Shown here: piece after piece, positions 37,204-46,383 of the stretch | Layout: every line of letters begins with the position of its first letter | Numbering within the stretch: position 1 is the first letter of the stretch | Source of the DNA: a virus | Lineage: Duplodnaviria; Heunggongvirae; Uroviricota; Caudoviricetes | IMG/VR virus record: IMGVR_UViG_3300021060_000024 | Location: 11,577-75,576 of that record | Strand: one strand, 5' to 3' | Length of the DNA: 64,000 nt | Notes under the pieces: model-generated | The model's database searches: none | Told to the model about the DNA's origin: nothing | What the model saw: the letters and a program-made list of their open reading frames with translations, nothing else | Position numbers and translations under genes: made by a program

Positions 37204-38073
37204 GTGACCATGACCGACCAGACCCCCGCCATCGCGCCGCTGACCCACGAGTACGTGCTGGTCACCCCTGAGCTCGCCAGCCAGATGCTGGAGAACAACC
37301 CCTCCAACCGGCGCCTGCGTCCGCGTCAGGTGGCCGCGCTGGCCCGGGACATGGCCGCGGGCAACTGGACCGTGAGCAACGACGACGTCTGCATCGCCGC
37401 GGACGGCACGCTGCTCAACGGTCAGCACCGCCTCTCGGCGGTCACGCTGTCCAAGACGGCGGTGATGATGGGCGTGAAGCGCAACGTGCCCACCGAGGCC
37501 TTCCGCAACATGGACACCCCCATCATCCGCACCGCGGGGGACTACCTCACCGCACAGGGCTACGCGAACGCACGCAACGCCGCGGGCTGCGCGCGACTGC
37601 TGTTCCAGACCCGGCGCTTCATGACCAACCTCACGCGTGACCTGAACAACATCAACGTCACCGTGACCGAAGTCGAGCAGATGTTCATCGACGAGCCCGA
37701 CTTCATGCACAGCGTGGACGTGGCCATGGAGACCAACCGCGTTCCTGGCGGCCTGAAGCTCCGCATCCCGCCCCTGGCCGTGGCTCACCGCCTCATCGCT
37801 GACGCGGGCAACGACATCGAGGTGGTGGACCGGTACTTCTCCCACCTGGCCACGCCGGTGGACGAGCCCGCGGGCTCGCCGATCCACGCCCTGCGTGCTC
37901 GGGTGCAGTCGATGCGCGAGACCAAGCAGACCCTGCCCGCAGCCAACCATCTCTACATGCTGCTCAAGAACTGGAACTTCTGGGCCAAGGGGGAGTCGGT
38001 GGCGCGCGTGTTCGCGGCGCCCAACGGCGACTTCTACCTGCCCCGGCCGGTCGTGGCGCCCGAGGGTCGCTGA
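37204..38073 (+). CDS. ParB/Srx-like nuclease-domain protein
   Basis: LRPRQVAALARDMAAGNWTV...DVCIAADGTLLNGQHRLSA. Confidence 0.55.
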   Translation: MTMTDQTPAIAPLTHEYVLVTPELASQMLENNPSNRRLRPRQVAALARDMAAGNWTVSNDDVCIAADGTLLNGQHRLSAVTLSKTAVMMGVKRNVPTEAFRNMDTPIIRTAGDYLTAQGYANARNAAGCARLLFQTRRFMTNLTRDLNNINVTVTEVEQMFIDEPDFMHSVDVAMETNRVPGGLKLRIPPLAVAHRLIADAGNDIEVVDRYFSHLATPVDEPAGSPIHALRARVQSMRETKQTLPAANHLYMLLKNWNFWAKGESVARVFAAPNGDFYLPRPVVAPEGR

Positions 38074-38127
38074 GACCAGCGGTGCCCCGCTTTCCTCGCC
38101 AGGGGGAGGCGGGGCACACTGCTGTGC

Positions 38128-38733
38128 GTGCCCGCCGCGAAGCCCTGCGTCGACTGCCAGGTCCACCCCAAGCGGGCCGGACACCCCAAGTGGTGCGACG
38201 AGGACTGGCTGCGCCGCCAGCCCATCGCGGTGCGCAGCCAGGTCCGCGCACGCAGGCTCGCCGCGGCCCCCGAGGAGCTGCGGCGCTCTCGCGTGCCCGA
38301 GCGGGACTGGCCGGTGGGCCGGCGCTGGTGCTCGGGCTGCCAGAGCTTCGCGCGCCTGGTCGACTGCACCGGCTCGCGCTGCTCCACCTGCGCCTCCACC
38401 GCGGCCCACGCCAGCCGGATCAAGTCGACCTACGTCCTCGACGGGCGTCCCTTCACGGCCGAGGACTACGACGCCCTGGCTGCGCGCCAGGGCCACCGGT
38501 GCGCGATCTGTGGGCGACGCACCAAGAACCGCCTGACGATCGACCACGACCACGCCTCAGGCGAGGTGCGCGGCCTGGTGTGCGGCGGGGACTCCTCCTC
38601 GGGCGGCTGGACGTGCAACTGGTCGATCCTGGCCAGCTTCGACTCCCTGCCCGCCCCCCTGGCCGCGGCGCGCGCGCTGGTGGCCTACTACGAGCGCCCG
38701 CCCGCCCAGCGTCTGCTGCGCACGGCACGATGA
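38128..38733 (+). CDS. endonuclease VII-like Holliday junction resolvase
   Basis: CAICGRRTKNRLTIDHDHASGEVRGLVCGG...CN, with N-terminal Cys pairs. Confidence 0.6.
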   Translation: MPAAKPCVDCQVHPKRAGHPKWCDEDWLRRQPIAVRSQVRARRLAAAPEELRRSRVPERDWPVGRRWCSGCQSFARLVDCTGSRCSTCASTAAHASRIKSTYVLDGRPFTAEDYDALAARQGHRCAICGRRTKNRLTIDHDHASGEVRGLVCGGDSSSGGWTCNWSILASFDSLPAPLAAARALVAYYERPPAQRLLRTAR

Positions 38734-38770
38734 CTTGACAAGACTTTGATGAGTCGTTGACCATGGCCCG

Positions 38771-39178
38771 ATGAGCGCGACCTCCACGGCGGTGCCGGGC
38801 ATCACGTCCGAGCACCTCGCCGACATCCTGGCCGGCCCCAAGCCCGACGAGGCCACACGCCTGCCCATGCTGATGCACACGATGGTCTACGGCGCCCACG
38901 GCGAGCGCGACGCGGCCACCAAGACCCTCAGCGACTACGTCGAGCGCTCGGCCCGCCAGATCGCCGCTGCGCGCGCGGTGGCGACGAACCTGGGTGCGAT
39001 GAGCGATGCCGAGAAGGCCGCCGTCATCGCCGACGAGATGACCCAGGTGGCCGAGGTGGTCTCGGGCTACCGGGCCACCCTGGTCAAGGGCGGCTTCACC
39101 CCCGCCGTGGCCGAGCAGATGAGCATGCACATGCACGCCATGATGATGCAGAAGGCCGCGGGGGCCACGCAGGCATGA
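38771..39178 (+). CDS. hypothetical protein (135 aa)
   Basis: Track ORF. Confidence 0.4.
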   Translation: MSATSTAVPGITSEHLADILAGPKPDEATRLPMLMHTMVYGAHGERDAATKTLSDYVERSARQIAAARAVATNLGAMSDAEKAAVIADEMTQVAEVVSGYRATLVKGGFTPAVAEQMSMHMHAMMMQKAAGATQA

Positions 39179-39546
39179 CCGCCCTCGCACTGCCGATCGC
39201 GGCGGTCGAGCACCTCATCACCGGCAACGACGTCACGGTGGAGTGGGTGAGCTCGGCGGACCCGATGCGCACGACGACCACCATGGGCAAGGTGGTGGCG
39301 ATCTCCACCGAGACCGTCCACATCCAGCCCACCCTGAGTGCCCACCCCAAGATCATCAACCTCACCCGCGTCACCGGTGTGTGGGTCCACGGCCTGGGCG
39401 CCGCGGCCCTGCACCGCCAGGCCGCGGCCGCCGAGAAGCTCCACCACGCCGCGGACGCCATGGCGCGCGGGGACATCGCGGGGGCCGCGGCGATGCTGGC
39501 CACCGCCCTGCACTTCGCCCCCCACCTGCGCGAGGAGGCGCTGTGA
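39175..39546 (+). CDS. hypothetical protein (123 aa)
   Basis: ATGA overlap. Confidence 0.4.
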   Translation: MTALALPIAAVEHLITGNDVTVEWVSSADPMRTTTTMGKVVAISTETVHIQPTLSAHPKIINLTRVTGVWVHGLGAAALHRQAAAAEKLHHAADAMARGDIAGAAAMLATALHFAPHLREEAL

Positions 39547-39863
39547 GCACCGACCAGCACTGGCTGCTGGTGCCCGAGGACCCCGCCGCAGCGATGTCCC
39601 TGGAGCACCCCCACACCTGCCCGCGCGTGCCGCTGCGCATCCAGCACGGCACCTCCTGGGTCATGGGCTCCACCCCCGCCTGCACCGAGGCCCGCGTGGC
39701 CCGTGAGTACGGCCTGGAGACCTTCTTCCACCCGGCCGGGGCGCCGCCGAACGGCTACGAGTCTCCCGTGCGCGCCGAGCTGGCGCCGGGGGTGTACGCA
39801 GTGGGCCTGGAGGCCGACCCCGGGGACGCCTCGCTGTACCTGAACCGGCTCGTGGTCTGGTGA
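39543..39863 (+). CDS. hypothetical protein (106 aa)
   Basis: GTGA overlap. Confidence 0.35.
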   Translation: MSTDQHWLLVPEDPAAAMSLEHPHTCPRVPLRIQHGTSWVMGSTPACTEARVAREYGLETFFHPAGAPPNGYESPVRAELAPGVYAVGLEADPGDASLYLNRLVVW

Positions 39864-40435
39864 GCCCGTCCACGCGCATCGACCCGGCCGACTGGAACTT
39901 CTCCGGGCCCACCGACGCGGTGCCCTCGATGGTGGGCGGCCCGCCGGGCTCGGCTCCGCGCTACCCCCGCCACCTGGGCTACCGCCAGCCCTCGGTGGGC
40001 GGCTCGGGCTGCCTGGCGGCCGCGGTGGCCACCCTGGTGGGCCTGCGCGCGCCGCTGGTGGCCGCAGTCATGGGCGAGCGCCCTGACGTCGCGGCCGCCA
40101 CGCGCGCGGTGGAGCTCTGGAGCGGGGAGCACACCCTGGCCTACTGGGAGCGCCCGCTGGAGTGGACCCCCCGCGCCGGCAAGCTGATCCTGGTCTACCG
40201 CGCCGGGTCGGGCGCCGGGCGCCACCGCGACGAGGGCCCGGCGCGCGACCCGGAGTCGGGCCGCTTCATGAGCCAGCCCGTCCACGCCGCGGTCGTCCAC
40301 GGCGACGACGCCAGCCTCTACTGCGACCCCCACGCCGAGACCTGGACCGAGCCCGAGCCCGAGAACGTCATCGGCTACCTGCAGGTCGTCTCGGCCATCA
40401 CCCTCCCCTCCTACCTGGAGCGCACCACAGCATGA
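39860..40435 (+). CDS. hypothetical protein (191 aa)
   Basis: GTGA overlap. Confidence 0.4.
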   Translation: MSPSTRIDPADWNFSGPTDAVPSMVGGPPGSAPRYPRHLGYRQPSVGGSGCLAAAVATLVGLRAPLVAAVMGERPDVAAATRAVELWSGEHTLAYWERPLEWTPRAGKLILVYRAGSGAGRHRDEGPARDPESGRFMSQPVHAAVVHGDDASLYCDPHAETWTEPEPENVIGYLQVVSAITLPSYLERTTA

Positions 40436-40962
40436 GCACGCACACCGCCGTCGGCACCACTCGTCGCCTGCAGGGCCTGGCCGTGATGGGCTGGGACCTG
40501 GGGGCCGTGGCCGCGCGCACGGGGCTGACCGAGGCCGACCTGGGCGCCGCGCGCGCTGGCGAGCTGGCGATGGGCCCCTCGGCCGACGCCGTCATCGCTC
40601 GGGCCTACCGCACCCTGGTGGCGCTGCCGGGCCCGGACGGCGCCCTGCGCGCCTGGGCGCGCGAGCAGGCCTGGCACTCCCCGCTGGCCTGGGAGGCCCC
40701 CGATGACGAGGCGGCACTGCCCGAGCGCCCCACGGCGCCGCGCGGGGACCAGGAGGTGGACCAGTTCGCCATCGACCGGGCCCTGGCGCTGCGTGACGGG
40801 CGTGACCTGAACCGCGCCGAGCGCCTGGCCGCGGCCATCCTGCTGGGGATGCCGAACAGCCCCAACTCGGTGATCTCCACCAAGCTGGGGCTGTCGACGA
40901 CGGTCGCGAAGTCGCTGCGAGCGACGCTGGAGGCTATGCCGCAGGCCGCTCCGGCAGCGTGA
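40432..40962 (+). CDS. DNA-binding protein with C-terminal sigma-region-4/LuxR-type HTH (possible late activator)
   Basis: NRAERLAAAILLGMPNSPNSVISTKLGLSTTVAKSLRATL. Last gene of the rightward early operon. Confidence 0.4.
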   Translation: MSTHTAVGTTRRLQGLAVMGWDLGAVAARTGLTEADLGAARAGELAMGPSADAVIARAYRTLVALPGPDGALRAWAREQAWHSPLAWEAPDDEAALPERPTAPRGDQEVDQFAIDRALALRDGRDLNRAERLAAAILLGMPNSPNSVISTKLGLSTTVAKSLRATLEAMPQAAPAA

Positions 40963-41422
40963 AGCCCAGCTCCTGCAGCTTGGCCGCGAGGCTGTCCGCG
41001 CTCCTGAACGAGGCGTCGGTGAGGTTGAGCGCCTGAGCCATCCGCGTGCGCTCGGCCGCCTTGGGGTCGGTCGGCCACGGCTCGTGGCCCATCAGCACCC
41101 GGTAGAGCATCAGCGCGTTCGCGGCGTGCTGGAGCACCCAGTTCGGGTTCTCCCCCCGGCGCGCGCGGCAGGCCGAGACCCCCTCGCCCACCTCGACCGC
41201 GTCCACCCCGGCCCAGCGCACCTCCTCAGCGTCCTCGACCAGGAAGTCGCGCACGTCGGGGTGCAGGTCGAGGTAGTTGCCCTTCTCGTAGGCCTCGGTG
41301 AGCGCCGCCAGCACTGCGGCGCGCCAGCGCTGGGCCGGAGTGGAGATGTCGTCCGCCCACCAGGCCTTCCTGGCGGCCGCCGTGGCGGCGTCCACGAACT
41401 CATCGGACCAGACCTGACCCAT
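40934..41422 (-). CDS. hypothetical protein (162 aa)
   Basis: Track ORF. Most distal gene of the leftward block. Confidence 0.4.
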   Translation of the reverse strand: MGQVWSDEFVDAATAAARKAWWADDISTPAQRWRAAVLAALTEAYEKGNYLDLHPDVRDFLVEDAEEVRWAGVDAVEVGEGVSACRARRGENPNWVLQHAANALMLYRVLMGHEPWPTDPKAAERTRMAQALNLTDASFRSADSLAAKLQELGFTLPERPAA

Positions 41423-41829
41423 CAGGCGAACACCCCCGAGCGGGTCTGGATGGCGTCCGCCGTCGAGCGCATCAGCATGAGTACCGCCGCCTGGCTGGTC
41501 TTGGGCTCGTCGTTCCAGTTGGGGAAGTGACCCAGGTGGGGCGTGGTCGGGGTGTCCCGGGCCCCCACGGCCAGCGACAGCGCCTCCTCAGCCAGGTAGG
41601 CCGCACCGTGAGCGCGCTCGCCGGTGCCCTTCACGACCTCGATGGCGCCCCAGCCGCAGCAGGGCTGCGCGGAGCGCGGCGTCCCCTGCGAGATCGGGAA
41701 CAGGCCGCCCTTGTGCAGCCCCACGCGCTCCAGGTGGTCGGCGGCCTCGGTGAGCACCCGCGCGACCTCCTCGCGGCTGGCGCCCTCCTGGGCCAGGGTG
41801 TGCTTCCACAGCGACGGCGACATGCTCAC
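41422..41829 (-). CDS. AADH-PCC paralog family member P1
   Basis: LTEAADHLERVGLHKGGLF...PCCGWGAIEVV...FPNWNDEP...MRSTADAI. Confidence 0.45.
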   Translation of the reverse strand: MSMSPSLWKHTLAQEGASREEVARVLTEAADHLERVGLHKGGLFPISQGTPRSAQPCCGWGAIEVVKGTGERAHGAAYLAEEALSLAVGARDTPTTPHLGHFPNWNDEPKTSQAAVLMLMRSTADAIQTRSGVFA

Positions 41830-42167
41830 GACTGCTCCTTCATCCAGGCCTCGCGACGCACGCGCATGCGCCGCTGGATGGCCGCACTGATCCGGTCATG
41901 GGTACTCATCCACGGCCGCCCCAGCGCTGCGCTGGCGACGGTGGCGTAGATGCGGCTGGCCTGGGCCCTGTAGGCCGTGGACATGCCGTTGATGTCGACC
42001 TCGCCACTGCCCAGGCGCGCGCGGGTGCGCAGCTCCCACATGGCGTCGGCCGCGGCGTCAGCCGCGCGGTCCCCGGGCGGGGTGCCGCGGCGGTTGACGT
42101 AGACCCCGAGCTGCTCGATCGCGCGAGCCTCCAGGTCGGTCTCGGTGTAGTTGCTCAGCTCGGCCAT
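41826..42167 (-). CDS. hypothetical protein (113 aa)
   Basis: Internal ATG (MAELSNY...) of the track ORF. ATGA-coupled to the downstream gene. Confidence 0.35.
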   Translation of the reverse strand: MAELSNYTETDLEARAIEQLGVYVNRRGTPPGDRAADAAADAMWELRTRARLGSGEVDINGMSTAYRAQASRIYATVASAALGRPWMSTHDRISAAIQRRMRVRREAWMKEQS

Positions 42168-42406
42168 CAGCCGCGCCTCCTTCTCGTCGGCTTGAGGATG
42201 TGCCAGCCGTTCTCGGCCACGGCCACGGCCAGCATGACGAGGACGGCCAGGGCCATGATGATCAGAAAGAGCCCGGCGCTGACCCACAGCGGCGCGGTCA
42301 CCCACCACCAGGACCAGTCGATGAACCCGGTCAGCTTGAGGACCAGGAAGACCAGGAACAGCACCGCCCCCAGGCCCAGGCCGCTGGTGCGGCTCGCCTC
42401 GCCCAT
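42167..42406 (-). CDS. small membrane protein (2 TM, 79 aa)
   Basis: GAVLFLVFLVLKLTGFIDWSWWWVTAPLWVSAGLFLIIMALAVLVMLAVAV. Confidence 0.4.
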   Translation of the reverse strand: MGEASRTSGLGLGAVLFLVFLVLKLTGFIDWSWWWVTAPLWVSAGLFLIIMALAVLVMLAVAVAENGWHILKPTRRRRG

Positions 42407-42609
42407 CAGATGTTCTCCCAGACCTGCTTGGCGACCCCGATCAGGATCGCCAGGACGATGACGCCGACGACGAAGGCCAGCACCTGCAGCCAGGTGTCGG
42501 TGACGAAGCGCGCGGGGTGGTCCTCCGACCGGCGGCTCTGGATGGTCCAGAGCCGCCAGCCAGCGATCCCCACCAGCGCGAGCACCAGTGCGGGACCGAG
42601 GACCCTCAC
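42406..42609 (-). CDS. small membrane protein (67 aa)
   Basis: GTG in a GTGA overlap with the upstream gene. Hydrophobic LGPALVLALVGIAGW and VLAFVVGVIVLAILIGV. Confidence 0.3.
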   Translation of the reverse strand: MRVLGPALVLALVGIAGWRLWTIQSRRSEDHPARFVTDTWLQVLAFVVGVIVLAILIGVAKQVWENI

Positions 42610-42800
42610 CGCACGCACCCACCCGTGGTGCCGGACAGCCACGTGCCGCCGGCGGCGATGCACTCGCTCGCGAGCTTCTGAGTGATCTCACCGTTGGCCT
42701 CGCTGGTGGTGAAGAACACTCCGATGATCACCAGCACCACGATCAGGATCGCCGCGATGCCGACGAGGTTCTGGATGAAGTCGTTGTCGTAGCGGCTCAT
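42606..42800 (-). CDS. small membrane protein (64 aa)
   Basis: MSRYDNDFIQNLVGIAAILIVVLVIIGVFF. ATGA-coupled to the gene upstream. Confidence 0.35.
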   Translation of the reverse strand: MSRYDNDFIQNLVGIAAILIVVLVIIGVFFTTSEANGEITQKLASECIAAGGTWLSGTTGGCVR

Positions 42801-43309
42801 CAGCCCTCCTCGCCCTCGTGCAGCCACTTGGCCAGGGCCAGCACGTCGCGGGTCTCCGCAATGCCGCCGAGCAGGTCAGTGGCCCGCTCCCAGGAGCGCT
42901 CGCGCCCCGTGACTTCCGGGGTCGGCGGCTCGACGTCGGCCGGCTTCGGGTGGACGATCCCGATCGTGTCACCCGGGCGCAGCGTGTGCTTGCGCAGGGC
43001 GCCGTCGGGGCTGAGGATCTCGACCTCGACATAGGTGAGGCTGGCGCCGATCAGGCGCACCTTGGTCTCATTCGTGCTCACGGGCTTCTCCTCGATGTAG
43101 GGCTCCAGCTGGCTGGGGCGGATGTAGAACCGGCGCCCCAGGTTGTCCTTGCACAGCCACCAGTGCGCGGTGATGTCAGCCCCCTCGGGAGCCGTGGAGC
43201 CGTTGACGATGGTCAGCACGTCGCCCACCATCAGCGACAACTGAACGCCGCGGTCGTCGGTCAGCCGCACCCGGTCGTCGGTGCGGAAGATGTGCCAGGG
43301 GCTGACCAT
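42800..43309 (-). CDS. hypothetical protein (169 aa)
   Basis: Track ORF, ATGA-coupled on both sides. Confidence 0.4.
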   Translation of the reverse strand: MVSPWHIFRTDDRVRLTDDRGVQLSLMVGDVLTIVNGSTAPEGADITAHWWLCKDNLGRRFYIRPSQLEPYIEEKPVSTNETKVRLIGASLTYVEVEILSPDGALRKHTLRPGDTIGIVHPKPADVEPPTPEVTGRERSWERATDLLGGIAETRDVLALAKWLHEGEEG

Positions 43310-44172
43310 CAGGACGGGGCGCCCGGGTTGACGTTCAGCGCGGTGCCCTGCGGGACGGGGATCACGGTGACCTTGCCGTCCTTGATCGCCTGGTAGGTGT
43401 TGTAGCCGTCAGGGCCCAGCACCTCCACGAGCTGGCGGATGGAGTCCAGCTCGGACTGCACCTGCACGTTGCGCTGCTGCTGGGCCGTGTTCTGCTCGAT
43501 GGCCACCTGGGTCTGCTGCAGCGCGTTCGCGAGCTCGTCGGGCAGCGTGGGCGTCGACAGCGACACGGCGAAGCCCGTGAAGTAGTCCCCGCCGGCGAGC
43601 TGGTTCACGTAGCCGGGCAGGAGCTCGTTGACCCGGCCCTCGATGTCCTTGCGGACCTTGGCGTCGGCGTAGATGGTCTTCCAGTCCACGCCCTGGGCGG
43701 CCTCGGTCAGGCTGCGCTGCAGCGGGCCGCGCAGGTAGGTCTCCATGAAGCCGGACCAGTTCTGCAGACCGTCCTTGCCGGCGCCGTACTTGCGCCCGAT
43801 GTTCTCGTGGAAGGCGCGCAGCACGTCGCAGTCGGTGTTCAGCTCGAAGGTCAGCGTGCCGACCTGGGCGAGCTGGACCTGGGTGTTGGCGCCCTGCTCC
43901 CCCGAGCCCGCGGCGATGAGCGCGAGCGCCCCGCCGTCCTGCTTCTCGCCGGTGCCGAAGTCGTAGGTGCGCTGGCCGGCGGGGTACTTGTAGTGGTCGT
44001 CCCCAGGCCCGTCCCAGGAGCGCTGGCCGGGGTCGATGCAGTGGTCGAAGCTGACGTTGGAGATCACGCCGTTCTCGTACTGCAGGCCCACCTCATCCAC
44101 GTCGGTGCTCATCTGGCTGCAGCCCGCCAGGGCCAGCACGGCCAGGGGCGCCAGGAGGGTCATCTTCTTCAC
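43309..44172 (-). CDS. lipoprotein with SPFH/band-7-like domain
   Basis: Lipobox LAVLALAGC after VKKM. GAGAGGA RBS. C-terminal ...IEQNTAQQQRNVQVQSELDSIRQLVEVLGPDGYNTYQAIKDGKVTVIPVP resembles SPFH C-termini. Confidence 0.4.
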   Translation of the reverse strand: MKKMTLLAPLAVLALAGCSQMSTDVDEVGLQYENGVISNVSFDHCIDPGQRSWDGPGDDHYKYPAGQRTYDFGTGEKQDGGALALIAAGSGEQGANTQVQLAQVGTLTFELNTDCDVLRAFHENIGRKYGAGKDGLQNWSGFMETYLRGPLQRSLTEAAQGVDWKTIYADAKVRKDIEGRVNELLPGYVNQLAGGDYFTGFAVSLSTPTLPDELANALQQTQVAIEQNTAQQQRNVQVQSELDSIRQLVEVLGPDGYNTYQAIKDGKVTVIPVPQGTALNVNPGAPS

Positions 44173-44378
44173 GGGGCACTCGTCCTCTCGATGGTGATCT
44201 TGAACTTGGTCTGGTGCTGGTCGCCCAGCCCGGTCAGCGTCATGTCGACGTTGGCGACGTTGGCCCCACGGGTGCGCATCACGGCGCTGGCGAAGACGCA
44301 CAGCTCGTCGTCGTACTCCCCGTCCGCCGAGGCCACGAAGTGCTCCGCAGCCTCGGCAGCCGTGATGGGGATGGTCAC
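44169..44378 (-). CDS. hypothetical protein (69 aa)
   Basis: GTGA-coupled to the lipoprotein gene. Confidence 0.3.
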   Translation of the reverse strand: MTIPITAAEAAEHFVASADGEYDDELCVFASAVMRTRGANVANVDMTLTGLGDQHQTKFKITIERTSAP

Positions 44379-44755
44379 GCCTCAGTCGGAGAGAGCTCGT
44401 CGGCGGCCGCCCGCAGGGTGGCGACCACCTGCTCCTTGGTGCGCCGGTGGGCGTCGTTGTACCGAGCGAAGCCCAGCTGGTTGAGGTTGTGGCTGACCAC
44501 GAACCTCTCCAGCACCCGCTGAGCCTCGGCATAGGCCTCGGCGGCGGCGTTCTGCTCGGCCTCGGAGCGCTTGTCCGGAGCCGAGGGGCCGACGTAGAGC
44601 TTGGTGACCACGGCCACCGCGCCCAGACCGCAGCAGGGCAGCTTCTCCACCGGAACGTCCAGGTCGTCGTACTCGATCGGGAACATCTGGCCCTGGATCC
44701 AGCCCACCTGCTCGATGTGGTCAGCCGCCTCGCGCAGCACCTGCTCGGTGTTCAC
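44375..44755 (-). CDS. AADH-PCC paralog family member P2
   Basis: VLREAADHIEQVGWIQGQMF...LPCCGLGAVAVV...ARYNDAH...LRAAADEL. Confidence 0.45.
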   Translation of the reverse strand: MNTEQVLREAADHIEQVGWIQGQMFPIEYDDLDVPVEKLPCCGLGAVAVVTKLYVGPSAPDKRSEAEQNAAAEAYAEAQRVLERFVVSHNLNQLGFARYNDAHRRTKEQVVATLRAAADELSPTEA

Positions 44756-45159
44756 GATCCGAGCCTGTTCGCGGCCGCGCGCATCGCGGCGGCGACGTCG
44801 GCCGCCGTGGTGTCTGCGCTGTCGGACCACCGCGGCACGGTGAAGTTGCCCCCCGACTTCTCGTCCACCACCGCGGCCAGGGCATCAACGGCCGCGGTGT
44901 CGAGAGCGGCCGTCGCGTCAGCCTCCTGGCCACCCTCGAACGTGACGGTGGCGTAGATGCTCATCCAGCCGCTCGGGTTGTGCGGGTCCTCGATGAAGTA
45001 GCCGGAGCTGACCGCGATGGCCCCCAGTGCGCAGCAGGAACGTGCGGCCAGGGGCTTGCTGCCGCCCCTCTCGAAGAAGCTCCCCTTGTACAGACCCACG
45101 GTCTCGATGTGGTCGGCGGCCTCGGTGAGAACCTGTGCCGGCGTCTTGGTCTCGCTCAT
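44752..45159 (-). CDS. AADH-PCC paralog family member P3
   Basis: VLTEAADHIETVGLYKGSFF...SCCALGAIAVS...VPRWSDSAD...MRAAANRL. Confidence 0.45.
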   Translation of the reverse strand: MSETKTPAQVLTEAADHIETVGLYKGSFFERGGSKPLAARSCCALGAIAVSSGYFIEDPHNPSGWMSIYATVTFEGGQEADATAALDTAAVDALAAVVDEKSGGNFTVPRWSDSADTTAADVAAAMRAAANRLGS

Positions 45160-45503
45160 GCTGCAGCCTCCTCGGCCTTGAGGCGGTCGGCGGTGGCGCG
45201 CATCCGCCGCAGCACCACCTCCTGGGTGATCTGGGGGTCGTCGTTCCAGGCCACGATGCGGTCGTGGGCGTAGCGCTCGCCGTAGCCCAGGTCGCGCGCA
45301 ACCGCGGCGAGGGCGTCACGCGAGGCGGACTCGCCCACGAAGAGGCTGACCCGGGGCGTCACGACGCGGATGGCGCCGACGACGCAGCAGGGGCGCTGGC
45401 TGTCGGGAGCCTCCACCCCCGAGCGGTAGTAGTGCCCGTCCTGGTTCAGCCCCACGGTCTCGATGTGGTCGGCCGCGGCGCGCAGCACCTGCTCGGCGTT
45501 CAC
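45156..45503 (-). CDS. AADH-PCC paralog family member P4
   Basis: VLRAAADHIETVGLNQDGHYY...PCCVVGAIRVV...VAWNDDPQ...MRATADRL. Confidence 0.45.
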   Translation of the reverse strand: MNAEQVLRAAADHIETVGLNQDGHYYRSGVEAPDSQRPCCVVGAIRVVTPRVSLFVGESASRDALAAVARDLGYGERYAHDRIVAWNDDPQITQEVVLRRMRATADRLKAEEAAA

Positions 45504-46306
45504 GCGTTCACCGGCTCGGTCAGGGCGGCCACGGCGGCCTCGATGGCCATGACGGCGTCGACCTCGGTGGTGTCCTCGCTGGGGACGTCGGCCGGGTCGG
45601 GGCCCTCCAGGCCCAGCAGCGCCTCGGGGACCTGCGTCAGGGCCGCGAGGGCCTTGATCTCCTTGCCCACCATCGCCAGGGCCTCGCCCATCGACTTCAT
45701 GGCCTCGGTGGCCGCCTCGCTCGTCGGCGTCCAGGTCGCCTGGCTCTTGAGGATGCTCACCTCGGCCTCGGTCAGGATCGAGTGGCGCTTGGGGCGCTGG
45801 CCCATGCGCTTGTGGGTGGCCCGCTGGCGCAGCCCGGCCATGCCCCAGCGCTCCACGGCCTCAGCCGCGCCCTGGAAGGCCCCGACGACGGTCTCGACCG
45901 TGACGGCCCCGTGGTCGTTCCATACCGGCACCGCCTGGTCGGTGTTGAGCTCGACCTCCAGGTAGTAGCGCAGCGCGAGCGCGGCCTCGCTGTAGATGTG
46001 GCGGGGGTCGTCCTCGGGCAGGTGTCCCCAGCCGTGCACGCCCGCGCCCTCGGCACCGAGGAGCAGGTCCTGCACGCCCGCGGCGATGCCGATGGCGCCC
46101 AGCGCACATGCCGGGGCGTGCTCGTAGTCCAGGTACTGCTCGACCTTGACGGTCTGCTCAGCGGCGCCGGGGCCATAGAGGTCGATGGGGCCGGGCACCA
46201 CGCGCTGCTTGACGGCGGGGCGGTAGAAGGCCCCGCGGGTCCAGCCGTGGGTCTGGATGTGCTCGGCCGCGCCGCGCAGCACGCCCGGGATGGTCAGAGT
46301 CGACAT
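45500..46306 (-). CDS. AADH-PCC paralog family member P5 (longer, C-terminal extension)
   Basis: VLRGAAEHIQTHGWTRGAFY...PACALGAIGIA...VPVWNDHG. Start at codon 117 of the track ORF. Confidence 0.45.
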   Translation of the reverse strand: MSTLTIPGVLRGAAEHIQTHGWTRGAFYRPAVKQRVVPGPIDLYGPGAAEQTVKVEQYLDYEHAPACALGAIGIAAGVQDLLLGAEGAGVHGWGHLPEDDPRHIYSEAALALRYYLEVELNTDQAVPVWNDHGAVTVETVVGAFQGAAEAVERWGMAGLRQRATHKRMGQRPKRHSILTEAEVSILKSQATWTPTSEAATEAMKSMGEALAMVGKEIKALAALTQVPEALLGLEGPDPADVPSEDTTEVDAVMAIEAAVAALTEPVNA

Positions 46307-46383
46307 GCGCACTCCTTGGTGGTGGTCGCCTCCGGCGAACCCGGCGGCGTGAGTGGAACTCTCGCGCACTGGACAAGGGCTTG

